From positions 9,796,001 through 9,860,000 of the forward strand of contig NC_135262.1 of assembly GCF_964204865.1 (NCBI RefSeq): a DNA stretch of 64,000 bases, in the 5' to 3' direction. Position 1 is the stretch's first letter, and each line of letters starts with the position of its first letter. This stretch comes from Styela clava. Taxonomy: Eukaryota. A program made the position numbers and the translations under genes. Below the pieces are notes generated by a model. That model did no database searches, was not told where the DNA came from, and saw only the letters and a program-made list of their open reading frames with translations. Shown one piece after another: positions 1 through 14,318 of this stretch.

Positions 1-660
1 TAACCATTGATCGGCACCACTTTTTTTTCAAGTACACGAGAAAGTCCTGCCAGAGATCGTCCCATGACTCTCAATATAAAACCCCAAGCTAATCCAACAG
101 TGTTGCTTTACGTCAGGACAAGAGTAAAGAGTTGTGTCGTAGGAATTCTTCATCTATGCTGTTGCACTTAGTGGATCTGTCCTATTCTATAGCAAGAAGA
201 ATGATGACTATTCTATGTCTTTAGGCACGTTTCACACGAATGCATTAATGTAACGTTCCATCTAACTCGGGCATAAATTGCAAAATGTTCGGCTGAATGA
301 TCATGAATAAATATAAGAAACAATGTAGAATCCAAAATGAGACCCTAAAAAACTCCAGAAAAAAATTGGGTATGTCTGGCCACTGGCTTTTGCAAAAGAA
401 TGTTACTTTTTGAGAATGCATCCCGCCTTAACAGTGAGAAGATATTTTTCGTTTCGCTATACCGCCGTAGCACATTCCCAAGAACACCATGTTGCAGAAT
501 ACGATTTCAGCTGGCGCCGTCGATGAGGAATGAACTCGTTAATCTCAATATTACAAATTCGCACATTTTCCCCGTGGAATGGGACTTGCGGCCATTTGAC
601 TTGTTCACTGAAGATACGAGAAGAAATAAGAACCACCAACTTCAATGCAGAGAGTAATAT
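1..660 (-). mobile_element. Degenerate non-LTR retrotransposon (CR1/L2-like) reverse-transcriptase remnant, truncated at the window edge
   Basis: Minus-strand translation across stops and frameshifts gives ILQHGVLGNVLRR ... SGVF*GLILDSTLFLIFIHD (cf. CR1 RT motif SGVPQGSILGPxLFLIFIND) and, near the window start, GFILRVMGRS...VVP. Boundaries approximate. Confidence 0.55.
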
Positions 661-3002
661 ACACACCTTGGACGATAGTTAGGAGTCGCTACTACTTATA
701 ATTTTATGTGGTCATCTCAAACTTTGTAATCTGCTAGCTCAACGGCAAAAACCCATATATATCTCTCCCTATTTTATGCTTTAATTCAATTCATGAAAAC
801 ACCTTCTATGAAGTGTTAAAACCCTTTATTCCGTTACACCTGTCTTCCTCCGTTACGCTTGTCGGTCGATCTCCTGAGCAACACGGTGCTCAACTAATTC
901 CCTTCCGTACCGTTGCGCAACTTTCCTGTTCGTATATTTGAGTATAACTCTGTTGTTAATTTACAATCTACATGATTGTTAATGTATCACTGCTGAAAAT
1001 TTCTGATTTTTAAATCTTGTAATTCGCCCTTTCGGTATTTCATGAGAAGTTAGATAACTCCAAAAATAAGACATGAGATGGTATTTACTCCAAAATATCC
1101 GGATGGCCATATCCGGATCTATAAGCATTCGGTAGAGCTTGCGGCTAGATTGAATGTTAGAAAGATTGAATGTTCATTGATATTTCATATTAAAGGACGT
1201 AACTGCGAGTAAGGCCTACTTGACATCATTTTCATCCAGTCACTAATCCCTAAGGGATTTCCCAAACGATATGTCAACATCGGACTAAAATACAATGCTT
1301 TGCAGAAGAAACTATTAATGGCAACACTTAATATACTACCATTGCAGGAAACCTTTGGTGGAATTTGTAATTTTGCAAGGCCATTTAGGTCACTCTTCGG
1401 GTGTTTGATACAGGTTTATACACCAGAGCATTAACCTGTGCTGTGTATTAGAGGTTAGTGGTCTGGTGGTATGCAGGTTAGGGAAGTGTGGAACGTAGAA
1501 CCGCCAAAAGGTGCGCAATTTTTGACGCTGTCACGGCACACAAATAAAGAAGACATAGATTTAAAATTACAAAGTAATTATATAGTCCAGTAATTAAGGA
1601 GAAAAGCGATTTTCCATAGTAATAAGAAGAAAAATAACGACAAGAACAAAATCAACAAAATAACAAAATGATCTATAGATACATTTCGTGTCCAAAAAAC
1701 ATCGTTATCGCGTCCTCAATACAATAAAGCAAGTTTTGATCAAAGAAAAGAGCTGGCTGCAAGATGTCGTTTCGCTATTTCATGTTTTAAAGCTATTCCG
1801 TCAATAAACATGCATACATATATCTGAGTGGCAAAATCTAAAATACGTTTTCGATTGCATCAACCTATTCATCATACTCGTTGATGTATATAATAATGCG
1901 TTCTAGATATTTAAAGCTTTGTGTGTTTAGTCAACACAAATATCGTGGATGGATTCAAGACTTTGATGAGTAATTTGTTTTTCCATTTTTCTATTGATCT
2001 TTAACCCTACATAGCCCAAGTAACTGCTGCATATCACGATTGCATTAGTAATTAAGTGACTGTTGTTTTCATGTCGAAACAACCAACGGGTTATTATTCC
2101 AATGCGATATAGCCTACTTATATATTCAACATGTATTAAAAGTATTTCGTCGGACTACAATTGCCTGTGCATGTACTTCACGGGTAAAGGTATACATATT
2201 TTAAAAATGAGACAACAATAAAAGTTCAATTATTTGGAAATATGGGAAGTTTGGATGTATTACCCGTGTTTCCATATCGTGATCGACAAATGGCATTCAC
2301 CTCCAAATTAGTATTTACTTAAACAACATGCTACAGATTATTCATTTTCAGTCTATGAAATAAATTGGTTAACCACAATGTGGAACCGTAGTTCACTAAT
2401 CTGCGATGTCTCCATTTGCTCCATATCGAACCCCTTGAGACCCCTTGATAATTGTGTGTGGAGTCGCTTTAAGTTGTAGCAAAAATAAATTTGCTGAAGC
2501 CGCCTGTGATAAAAGTAGTACATTGATGGATAAATAAACAAACATGACACAATCTAGCTGTCACTCAAGTTGCATTTTGCAATCGATGCAAGGAAAATCT
2601 CATCAATCGATTGTATCTTGAAATATGAGCACACCCTGGCCGGTACGAACAGCGTAATGTTTTAGCTTCACTGTGTTGTTTATTGCGATACATCTTTTGA
2701 AGTAATTATTCAGATTAATCGCTACAAAGTGTATCAAAACAGATTGTTTTTCACTTGAGATCAATTTGGACGAGAGGTAACAGCTTTTAACAGGGTAAGA
2801 TTCTCTGCTGTCAAACGGGTTAGTCTGTACGCATGTGTGTGTGGATTTAATGGGGCGAAGAGGTATATTCAAACGTAAATTTACATGATAAATTGTTTAT
2901 CAGTTGGTATTTTAACAGCCCGATATAATAAATTGCTTGTCCAACTCGGTTGAGATTAATAATACAATTAGCAGAATTTCATATTCTCATTTGCAACTGA
3001 TA

Positions 3003-5233
3003 ATGTCAACATTCGGGGTGAAATGCTTTGTCTTATTGGCACTTTATCATAGTTCGGTAATATCGGGTGAAAAATGTTTTCTACCACATGGTCAGCCAAA
3101 CTTGGACTTCAAAAAGGTAAGTATATCTGATCCGTACAAAATTACAGAAAAATATATAATACTTATATCATATATATCGCGGTAGTTGTATCAGTACTAG
3201 TTACCGTGTTGAGCAATTGGAGCAATTCTTTATTCTTTACCGTAATAACAATTAGGATATGTTGGATTTTGACTTGAGAATATCTTAATATGATGGATCT
3301 GTCACATTCTGGTTTAGTGATAAAGTTACCAACATGTTTGAAATTATTACCCTGCATTAATTTTGATCATTAAGTTACCTCATCATGTTTTTTTTAAATC
3401 TTGTATATATACGAATACTTTAGAATAAGAAAGATATTTTGAATATATTTATTGTTGTAGATATCAGAAACATCTTGGTTCGTCGGTCTCCAGACACATG
3501 ACGCGTTGGCTACCAAAGTTCAGTGCGTCAAACTTGATAACTTTACAACAACAATCACTGGATTCAAGTTCATTGCCGAAGAATATGGCGACGGGTGATA
3601 ATCCAATTTTTAGACACGTCATACACCATCCTTTGAATAGTACAGATAAATCTAGACTTATCGATATTGATTTTGCTAGGAATTGATGTGATTAAATGTG
3701 TTGTGACAATTATTACATTGTTAAGATTGACATTTAGCTATAAGACGATTGATTTATACTAAACAAAAACTAGCCATAAAGAACATTATTTGTCTGACCG
3801 AACCAATTTACAGTGGTAATCTTTGATATATATTATTCTTTCTTTACATTTATTCAATGTATACGCAATGTATGACCTCGATATTTTGTTTTTAAAATAC
3901 CTTCTATTCCGTCACGGTTGCAAATTTTTGATCTTCTAATTTTTTAATAGGCCCGTGGATGTGAAATATTCGGTGAATTTTGTTCGTCGTGGAGCGAATG
4001 GACTATACAGTTTTGATAAACAAAAAGACGGTGAGTATTTATAAAAATCATACACAAAGTCAGTTTAATTAGTTATTTATGTATTTTTGTTTTCAGAAAT
4101 TTCGTTGATATCTTCTCATCGGCTCATATTTCAAAACGATTACACAAAAAAAGTTCACGACACAGGTGAGTTTTGTTCGGTATAAATAATAAATATATCG
4201 CTAACCACGGTGGTACAGTTTTTTTTTTTAAATCTCAATCATGATTGCCCAATAGGAGCTTGTGTAACGACTCCGTTTTAAGGATGTAAGAGCAAAAGCG
4301 TCAAAAACCAGAGAGCCTCTTATGAAGTGCAAGACAAGGAATCATGCATTTTGTACACCATAAATTTATATATTGTCCTACCAGTTCATATTACTATTTA
4401 TCTGACGGTCAATTTTATCATAGATAATGATGAACTTACCGGGAACGGTGTTGTATTCTGGACTGATTACAAGAATTACTTTGCACTGATTGAATGCCGT
4501 AATAACGGTAAGGTTATTCGAAAAAATAATTCATATATAAATTAGCAAAAGTAATTTTTCCAGAAATTGCAGATTGTATTTCTGAATCCTGAAACGACAC
4601 ATTCATAAATGCAGCGCTACCGACTATCATCGGAGTTCTTTCAAATATTTTCCACTGCCTAAGTATCTTCGCTAACTGTAGTCAGCGGGGAATACCCTAG
4701 TTAGCCATGTGGTGGTTTGCGTGGATTTCAATATATTCTCCAGTGGGCGATGTTGCTTTCGACAACGACAGTTTCCCAAAAATGAATTTTCGGTTCTTTA
4801 AATCTTACTTAGATGTTAGAACTTGACTGCCTGATATCGAGCTTTAGTTTCCTGCAAATTCCCTTCCCTAGTAAAATTGTGCGTTCATATTTACCCTGTC
4901 ATTTTGTATGGTATCGTCTTTATACTGATTGGAAAAAATAAAATTCACTGTGATCATGGTTACAATTTCAATAGTCCCAATAAACCTAATCGTTCTATTT
5001 TCACAAGCTTCGACACTTTTTTCTTTCATTAACTGAATTGAAAGTCTAATTATAACTTTAATCTTCCAGGTGGATGGATCATATGGGTTTATTTTCCAAG
5101 TATAACACCGTCTGTGACAAACCTTGTTGCCTTGTACAATAAATTACACGAAATTGGAGTGTCAACCACCTTTCACATTTCTCGTTGTTCGAAACATGTT
5201 GATTTAATAGATTTAGAAAACCATATATTTTAA
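3003..5233 (+). CDS. Secreted divergent lipocalin (ApoD-like fold), 214 aa, 6 exons
   Basis: Exons 3003-3116, 3461-3594, 3951-4030, 4097-4165, 4424-4507, 5070-5233; all GT-AG, phase-consistent, 645 nt. Signal peptide MSTFGVKCFVLLALYHSSVISG; SCR1-like QPNLDFKKISETSWF; SCR2 FWTDYKNY; SCR3-position WIIWVYF; C-terminal Cys (HISRC). Confidence 0.8.
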
Positions 5234-5807
5234 CTCATTTATTTATAAAAAAAAAAAAAGTGCGGCATCAAATTTTTGATGACTACATAAATCGTGTTAA
5301 AAAATAATCGCATTTATTCGGATCGAATGAATTGTAGTAACAAAAATGTAAATATATATCTGAAGAATATAGTTTTAAAATTATATTCACATTTTAAGTA
5401 ATGAATAAAAAAAAAATCTGACGAAGTGCATTTGCCCATATCGCTTAATGCTGAATTTCCCACTAATAATTAAATCTTATTCGGGATTTCAAATTAACGT
5501 TAGTTTATCGAAAATGATAAAATGTTTATTTTCTTTCAATTTGAATCGTATTTATAAATTTTGCTGTTCATTAAAAAACCTACTATTATTCGAAGTCGAC
5601 TTATTACTTGGAGAAGCAAAAATTTAATCCATGTCTCGGTGGTGCAGTTATTCGAGTCGAATTTGGAAACGAGCTTTAGGAATTTTCTGCGGACCAGACC
5701 GGAGCTAAAATAAATTAAGCCTAAACTATCTTTAGTGTCTTGCTCAGAATTAACCATTTTACTTCAAGATCTTTACTGCATCAAATTCGCTATATGATTG
5801 ACTAGAT

Positions 5808-6706
5808 CAGGGGGGGGGGCAACCTTTTTTGGCTCGCGTGCTAAAATCGACTAATTTTAACGATAAAATTCTCCCACGTGCCGACCAAACATAAAAACAA
5901 TGCTTTGCTACTTTCAAAGCAAAAGTACTCAATATTAAACCTCCTAAACATGTACAGACAGATCAGTATTCGGGAAAATGTCAGTCCGACGAATAGATTT
6001 GATTACTTTTTTAGTTCTATATCAGTTAGACCTTTGCTGCAGAATTACCGTGACGCTGATAGAGATTTTACATTGGGTTTACATTTTGTAACTTTAAAAG
6101 AAATACACGAACTACTGGTTGTTAATTGAGAAAAAAGATTTACAAGCATATTGTGTAGATAAAAACATGGAGAGTTACACAGTTGCAAAGCTTTTAAGAC
6201 ACGACAAATTTACGAGAATGGCATCCCAATCACGCACTAGTTCGTTTTCTGCAATTCTCTCTTGTATCTCCTTCCCTAATCGCTAAGATTTCTTTCGAAA
6301 TCAATTTATAACAGTAAGTTAGCGAGTAACTATAACCAACATGAGCTTAACAGCTTAAACAAGCAGGAATGAAGAAAAATGGTGGCACAGCCGGCTCATA
6401 TAAGAATGTAGCCAAATGAATGCTGCGATCTTCTCGACAAAATTTCTCGAGAGCTCACTCATTTTTACGTCATAATAGGCCTATAGTTCTTTGTAGCCGT
6501 ATGTCATGAAAGTACAAAAAGAGTTTAAATAAATAACGAACTGTTAAACGATAATGAATAAGCCAATATCTCGTACCATCAGATAATATAGAGTCTTGAA
6601 ACTTTTTATCTGAAGGAGAATGATCTCGTCTTCGAGGCCTCGCTCGCTTGCCAAGTTTTGCTCGTGTGTCAAGTTTGGCACGCGTGCCAGGGGTTGCCCA
6701 CCACTA
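5808..6706. mobile_element. Non-autonomous hAT (Charlie-type) element
   Basis: Imperfect TIRs CAGGGGGGGGGGCAACC / GGTTGCCCACCACTA; perfect 8-bp TSD GACTAGAT (5800-5807, 6707-6714); subterminal CGCGTGC motifs. Confidence 0.85.
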
Positions 6707-6838
6707 GACTAGATGAATGACAAATTCAGAAAAGCAACAAAACATTTTCACAAGACTCTAGTAATAAAATTACATTTCATAAAGCTATCGTGATTGTTAA
6801 AAGGTGGATTTTCGTTTTTTACGCTTTTCCATTTTGAA

Positions 6839-9800
6839 TCACAATTTACTGAGGATATCAGAATGAACTGGGTGCTCCTGAAAGAACGTTGTGATTTCCT
6901 CCGCCGTTTCACTTGGCGTGCATAGGTGCAAATGATGACGTCCTTCGAGGTTTACCATCTTAAACTGTAAATTTTAAAATATTTTTATCTCAGGCTGTGT
7001 TACAGGCATGCTGTTCTTAATTGCTTCGATGTCAAGAAAAATGCGCTGACTGAGCCACTTGACATTCAATCAATTAATGGAATATTTCTTTACAGGCTTG
7101 AAATAAAAACTAAAAAACTAAAAACTATTTATGCACTGCTCAGTTCACCGCACAAATTGATAGTTACATAAATATTCTTTCTTGCAAACCCTGAGCATTT
7201 ATATGATTCTCAGAAGAAAATTTTGGACGACAAGCATTGGTTGCAAACACTTGCAGTGGTTTTTATGCTCCGAATGTGATTAGTCGCCTTGTCGGCGTGT
7301 CACTCATACACATTAGATATGAATATTACTATAAAATTCATCACAAATCATTAACAGACTCCAAACAGACGTATTGATTATCGTACCGATTTGAAGAATT
7401 TTTCAAATATGTCCAGAGATCTACTGAATTCTTTTGCGAGCATGTTTTTTACTCCAGCAATCACCCCATTATCAGCCCTGTAAAATTGTGCAGTTCTAAT
7501 TTGACAAATAATTTTGAAATAAAATGAATGCTTATAACAAACAATGAAAACAACAAAAAATAAAAAAAACTTTAATTATCTTATATAGTTCCAGTTTTGT
7601 TGGTCTTCATAGGATGCTTCTAAACTGAGGAAAGTTTTCATACCAAAATGGACAAAGAATTTTGAAATGTTCTTTGGGGAAAATCAGTCATGAATAAGGC
7701 GATTATTAAACTAGGCGTAAAAAAGGTTCATGCTTCAGGGATGAACAAAATATTCTACTTACTCAATGAAAAGAACATCAGCTCTGACGTTTTCAACCAA
7801 CTTTAATGATGTTTTCAAAGTTCGTTCGATTGGTAACATGGTATAATTTCTTACATCTCTTGTGAATATTCGCTTTCCTGGAAATTGTATACTTAATTGT
7901 TTAAATTTACAACAATAACATTATAAGAATATATAAATCTAAAATCCTTATACCATTTTCCAGTTCTTTCGTAGATCTTTCTAGTAAGATTTTGCCCGAT
8001 TCATCATACAGATGACTGCTGGCACCTAGTAATCTGAACGAACATTATTAGGTTATTATAAACGTTAAATACCAACTAAGAGATGTTTCATATACTAACA
8101 TTTTGGCAAAAAAATGTGGGACTTTGTACACGTTTGAACGCTATGTCTTGTTTTAATAAAGTCATGAACGCAAAGACGAATTATATTCATTCAAGCGCAT
8201 GGGAAAATTGAAGTATACGTATATGAAATCAATCCCCAAAAAATTATCCAACAACTTTGGGGCTGCATATCAGCGATCAATCTTGGCCCCCTGTCTAAAT
8301 TGATATAAACTAGGTATGCCACAATGTAAATATAATTTTTTCCAGACATAAAAGCTTCTTGGAGATTAATTAAAGTGGATCCTTGCCTATTTCGGAAGCG
8401 GATAAATATATTTCTTACGGAACTAATATTTTGCGATAAATGACCGAGATTAATATGAATTATTTGAGAAAATGTACAAAATAAAATATGGGGGAACTTT
8501 GTTTACTAAAAAGGAACAACGAAATATGTGTCTTTACAAATATGCAGTATTACAATGATCTTATATTCACCTAAGCGAATCTCACTATCTTATGAATAGG
8601 AACGTGATCTCAAGAAAACAGATAAAGAAAATAAATTTAACAAGTTCAATTTTATTGTTTACTTTGCTTTAGCTTCCTCGTAAGTGTATTGTTTTTCTTC
8701 GCGTGGTTCAGCATCATCGAGTTGCATGTTGTCCGTTATCCAACGCCGTAAACTATCGGCCAAGGTATCCTACATTTTTAAACAGAGATCAGGAAGAGCA
8801 GAAAAGAAACAATATCGAGTTGCTCATCACCTTATTCATGGTATTACATGAGAATATTTTGGATAGATTTTATATAAACATTGAATTATTATAATATATA
8901 TTTATATCGTGAATCCTATTTTTCGTAGTCCTAACAAAATTTTGTCTCTATAAAAATCATTGTCTAAATTAATCGTTTGCATTGTGCATGAACAGTTAAA
9001 ATAGAACATAGTTAAAACAGCAACCTACACTTTTTATTTTTAGCAATAATTTGAAAAAAAAAAGATTGGGTTATTAAATGTGCTTACTTCAAGTATTGTA
9101 AAGACTCCAAAGGTATCGATAACAACAACTCTTTTTACGATATCAGGATATATTGCAGAAAACTAAAAACAAAATTTTATTTCCGCTTGTCGAATTACGG
9201 ATTTGTTTTAACAATAGGGATATGTAGGATTTTCAGATTTTTTTTTATAACAGTGTACATCTTGTGTAGCTGATCGAATAATCAAACCCATTCTCTATAG
9301 TCCCATAGCCTAATACGGCGGGGCCATCCATGTCGTGATTGGAACCAATTCTTTACTCCTATATAGCTATAACGTGCATTCAAAAAAGATCTATTGACAT
9401 GATAACTTTATTTATCTCTCAATAGCCCTTACGCAAATAATATATATATTAGCCAAAAATATTCCACCAGTACCGACAGCATTTAACTATTTTAAATTAA
9501 TAGAATATCTTACATGAAGAGCCATGTTTCCGCCTGTAAAAGAAAGGGAGATTTTATTATTAAAATCTTTGGGGAATACACAGAAAAAAGGGTATTTTTG
9601 AAATGAAAAGCGGCCCATGACAGTCTGATCTCATTCGGGATTTGGCATACTGAATTGGTCCATATTCATGAACTTGATATACAATGGGAAAGAGTTCTCT
9701 CCTAAGTCATTATTTTTCCCGAGATACCAACCTGCGACTCGCGCAGGGTAATTATTTAAATAAATATGCAATTAAAGGGATCTGGATGGCACTATTTAAA

Positions 9801-11841
9801 AGTAAGATTTGAATCAGTGGATGCTATGCGGATGTGACTTCGTTTCTCGGGGCGGAAGTGGCTGAACTGAACTTAACACATCACCTGATTAAAAGTATCT
9901 AGTCCAGTGTTTCCCAACCTTTTTGGCCGCGGACTATTTTCACACCAGGGAAAATATTTGCGGACTCAACGTGCGTTAACTGTAAAACCGAACTCTGTGT
10001 GAAGGAGCAATAAGCAATTTCTATCGAGTCTATGTTTTTTTTTTGCTTTGAAACAAATCCTCCGAAATGTTGTTACTGCGTATCCATTGAAATCTGATAG
10101 AACTCACCTAATGGTATTTCATATTCAAATTAATATATCCGCTCGGAAAATTTTGAATTGTTACATTTTTGTTATTTGTATTGGTGATTCGAATTTTACC
10201 AAATGGCCCACTGAAAAGATATGAAATTCATGCGATATTGGCGCACAATAAGATCATTTAAAAATGTAGCAATGATGTTACAGGAAACAAATATATAAAA
10301 AACCCAAATATAACACTTAATTTTAACGGAAGCGAAAAGTACGTGTAAACTCGTGTTTTTGTCAGAAATCTGCGAGTCCGTTGTGCAATCCAATCGTTTG
10401 ATTCAGCGCGATTGACGTGATGTGTCCAATTCACATGTTACCAGGTATTCTAATAGTTTGCTGTTCGAATATTTTGCCCAGCCCTCAGTAATCGGTAATT
10501 ATTGACTCGATTAATAATATGTGAATAAACTTGCCTTTTATGTTTTATGTAAATACTAACGTAAATCGTAACTTGGCTGGTACTTTAAGTCTGGTAAAAA
10601 CGTTTTCGCCCCGCAATGAACTTCGCGATACTGAAAAGGTTAGTGACCTACATTAAATATACTACTACATAACTTTCCAATTTGGTCGTTGCGGATTCAT
10701 ACGAACGCTCTGCGGACTCATTTGAGACCGCGGACTCGGGTTGGGAAACACTGCTCTAGTCAGTAATCAGCGTGGAACGAAATTAGCATTTAAATTGAGT
10801 GCATTCTCATCATTCACTAGTCGCAAGAGAGTCACTCATCTCGTAAATTTAATTGAAATCAAATGAATTTTTTAATAACTAAATTACCACTATAATTACT
10901 AAAATTAAAATGAACACAAATTTATTAAAAGCTCACCCATGCTATGTCCTATCATCGATACCTCTTCGATATTGAAGTCTGCAACCAACAAAATTATTTA
11001 TTCATTACCATGATATTCAGATTATTCAGATTTCAGATTGGTTTTGAACAAATTTATCTCGATATATATCATCATTTAGCATGACCTGTATACCAATAAA
11101 AGATTGTTGAAAGGTTGAGTGAGTAAAGTGGTATTCAGCGAGGATAAAATTAGCTTCTTGTACTAACGCAGAAACAACGAAGAATATTGAACTATTGAAA
11201 TACCAAAGGATTTAATCACTTACAATTTAAAAGTCGTTTTATAGCAATGCATATGACAAGCTCTGTGTAATACATTCCTTTCGACAAGTGGGATGACAAA
11301 CCATGTCCGGGAAAATCCATAGTGATGTAATAATAACCTGCAACATTAAAATGAATTACACTCCACACTTTTTCCACCTCCATATTGGATGAAAACTCGT
11401 AGAATTTTCAGAGTCTATATCCTGTCAAGGCAGCGTATGACCATCAGCTCAAAGTTTGAATTATTAACGTATTGTAGTTCGTGATATACGGATTGAAAAC
11501 ATTGCACTCGTGTACGCAGAAAAATTGATATTGCAGCAATGTTGTTTAGATCATGAACCTAACACGAAATACTTACTTTTAGGCAACAATGGAATAAGTT
11601 TATCAAAAGTATTGCAATTATCCAACCATCCGTGTAAACAAATAATCGGTGGATTCTTTTTATCTCCCCATGTTTTTCCTGCCACTAGTCCCCATGAAAC
11701 AGGGAACGTGAATTCTTTCGTTAAACCTAGGAAAATAAATTTAAAAAAGAAATGTAATAAAATACCGCTCGTCTTCAGCAAAAATGGTAAGGAAATAGTC
11801 TGGACTAGAGAAGTTACAGTACGAGTTTCCATGGTCTTCAT
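6839..11841 (-). CDS. SERHL: Serine hydrolase-like alpha/beta-hydrolase (SERHL/kraken family), copy A, C-terminal PTS1 SKL
   Basis: Exons (minus): 11577-11726, 11224-11337, 10937-10978, 9514-9533, 9088-9162, 8663-8769, 7954-8033, 7763-7877, 7387-7477, 6839-6964. In-frame ATG at 11841; the 5' end is uncertain. Motifs LHGWLDN, DFPGHGLSSH, GHSMGG, VIDT, GRHHLHL; ends DILSKL*. Confidence 0.9.
9905..10753. mobile_element. Non-autonomous hAT element in a SERHL-A intron
   Basis: Perfect 15-bp TIR CAGTGTTTCCCAACC / GGTTGGGAAACACTG; TSD ATCTAGTC / CTCTAGTC (7/8); subterminal GCGGAC repeats. Confidence 0.9.
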
Positions 11842-12831
11842 TTAGAATTTTAAAAAGACAAAATTTCGTTTTGTCCTTTCAGTTCAGCATGCATGAAACC
11901 ATGAAACTTTTTTAAATTGAATTTATGCTGGATGTGTCCCAACGGAGTAACTAAGTTGCTGCACCACGATGTGATTTATACGGAAGTACCCAATCTCCGC
12001 ATTTGTTGTGCACTAAGTGGTATGGCTCGATAAATTTCTAATTGCTGATCTATATTTAGTAGATTGTGATTATTTCGCCCGGAAATGATTTATTATGCAC
12101 ACTCGTCACTTGTCTATTTCCAATACAGTATTGTGACATAACAATATGAAAGTCACGGTTATGATTCAGTCGATTGCACAAACTTTGATTTGAACTAACT
12201 CATACAATTACAACAACTGAGTTAAATTATTTTGAATAATCTCGCTGACTTCACTTGAACAAAGTGACTTACTACGAAATACTTTTGTTTGACTGTTTCA
12301 AGTGAAAAATTTTGACTGTATTTACATTTTGGGAAAGATTATTGAGATCAAGTAATATACTGTACAAACCTCGTTCACTTGTCCCGACGTACTTTGTGCT
12401 GTTCGATGTCATTGCTTTGCGTCGACGAAGAGTACTAATATTAATCGATGTAGACTGCTAAACGTATGTAAGGAAATTGATTAAAAAACGTCATCAAACA
12501 TGCATTGATTCATCAGTACTATTCAGTCATTGATCACGTGATCTGTCGCTTAGCTAGACTGATAATAAACTGAAAATGCCTTCGATATTTCTATATAAAA
12601 TTACCGTAATTTAGCCTGAGTTTGGTGGAGCTGCAAATGTTTGCCTATTCAATCTATAGATTATTCACTGGGAGTAGAAACATATACACAATTTTAGATA
12701 CAAACTATGCGATATTACGTCACTATTAAACAGAAAGTCTACGACGTATGGATCGCTTTCCTAAATTTTTGTTGTTGTCAAGGAAACAGCTTTTCTCCAC
12801 AACAAATAAAGCAATCGAATATTGTTTTTTT

Positions 12832-12943
12832 GGCGCGCCGGAAGTATTCGTACCAAGATGACGCACAACCTGAAGAACCTAACCTGGTACACATACTATG
12901 TTCAGGTTGTGCCTCATCTTGGTATGAATACTTCGGGAGCACC
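12832..12943. repeat. 112-bp fold-back (hairpin) MITE-like element
   Basis: Arm GAAGTATTCGTACCAAGATGACGCACAACCTGAA pairs with TTCAGGTTGTGCCTCATCTTGGTATGAATACTTC (32/34); about 43-bp arms including the imperfect outer ends; 26-nt loop. Confidence 0.8.
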
Positions 12944-14318
12944 ATTTGTAGTATATACTTAACATGGTTAAAGCGCTAAAAGGCTATTGTTTTTGACTTA
13001 AAATTCCCTATGAGCACCGCTACAAAATTCGTTGGAACGCTTTTATTCGGCGCTTTTATTTAAAATAACAATTTAGTAATTATTCAGTTAGGGTTCGAGT
13101 CCGGGGTTACGAATGGTTTGAAATTTGAATTTTCATCGCAATCCGCATTTCTAGCTCTCACCTAGCCAAACTGGATAAATACTATTTTCCTTTATTTTGA
13201 CCTTGGCCGGGGCTATGTACAAAAGATCCGAAACTAGTAATTTCCCGTTATTTCGATTTGAATATTTACTTATGTTCGAGTATGTTGCAACTTTCGAGTA
13301 CTAGTTAACAAGTTAGTGCTCATACTGGCACTAAATGCGGGCTTTCATCGCGCTAATCAGTCCAACTTGGAGGACTCCTAATTCCAGTTTTCATATTATA
13401 AATGTATAGCTCACTGCTATAAGTATGACCACTGGTCAGTGGTCATGTACAGTTACGTTCAATACTACGCCATATATCCTATTTTATTCCGTAGATGGAA
13501 CTTAATATAAACGCTTTCCTTTTCTAAATATTTCTGCGTCTGCCCATAAGGTCATTCCAATTTAAATCAAATCATAGTAGATAGAAATCGGTGTATTGCC
13601 AGAGGCGAACTTACTTCGCAAAGTTGCATTCCGCCTGGAGCGGGTAATGTCCACAAGCTTTGCAAAATCTTATTCGTCGCCGCATTCGTATATATAATTC
13701 CCCACTCTGTGTGAATTCATGCAACTAGCCGGCCTGATATTATTTGCTTATACTTCTATCTGTATCTAATCTGTGGTACATCTGTTTCCCTCGGCACAAT
13801 CAGAACTTTAATATCAAAGCTAGAAAGAAGATTGAAACGGAAATTATTTCAATGGCAAAACGCATGGAAGTATCATTTATGTCCGATTTCCTATATCATC
13901 CGCGGATTTGGCATCGAGAGAGTTTGAACTGACATACATTTATCCACAAAAGGCAAACTAGAGAAAAAGCCTTTCGAATGAAGCAACATCCTGCGGATCG
14001 CATAAAATTATGGGTATTTGAACGGGCTTTCAAAATACAAACAGAAAAGAAACACTGACCATTAACTAACTTTTTGATCTCCTACAAACAGCCAACAAAC
14101 AAGTGTATATGCATAGGTATGAAGAATTATAATATTTAACAAACCAAATATTAAAATGATTCAATAGGCAAATTAACAAAAAACATCAGATAAAATAACG
14201 AAAACGTACTACTTAATTCACCAAACAATGATAGATAATTTGGACTCATTGACGATCTTGACTATAACATAATTAATCTATGAAGTTGTACATGAAAAAT
14301 ATATGTTACTCATGGGCA

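Noticed and set aside
13612-13700. Possible upstream first coding exon for SERHL-A (ATGs followed by a GTAAGT donor)
   Set aside because: Available ATGs give phase 0 or 2, not the phase 1 needed at the 11726 acceptor; at most a 5'UTR exon.
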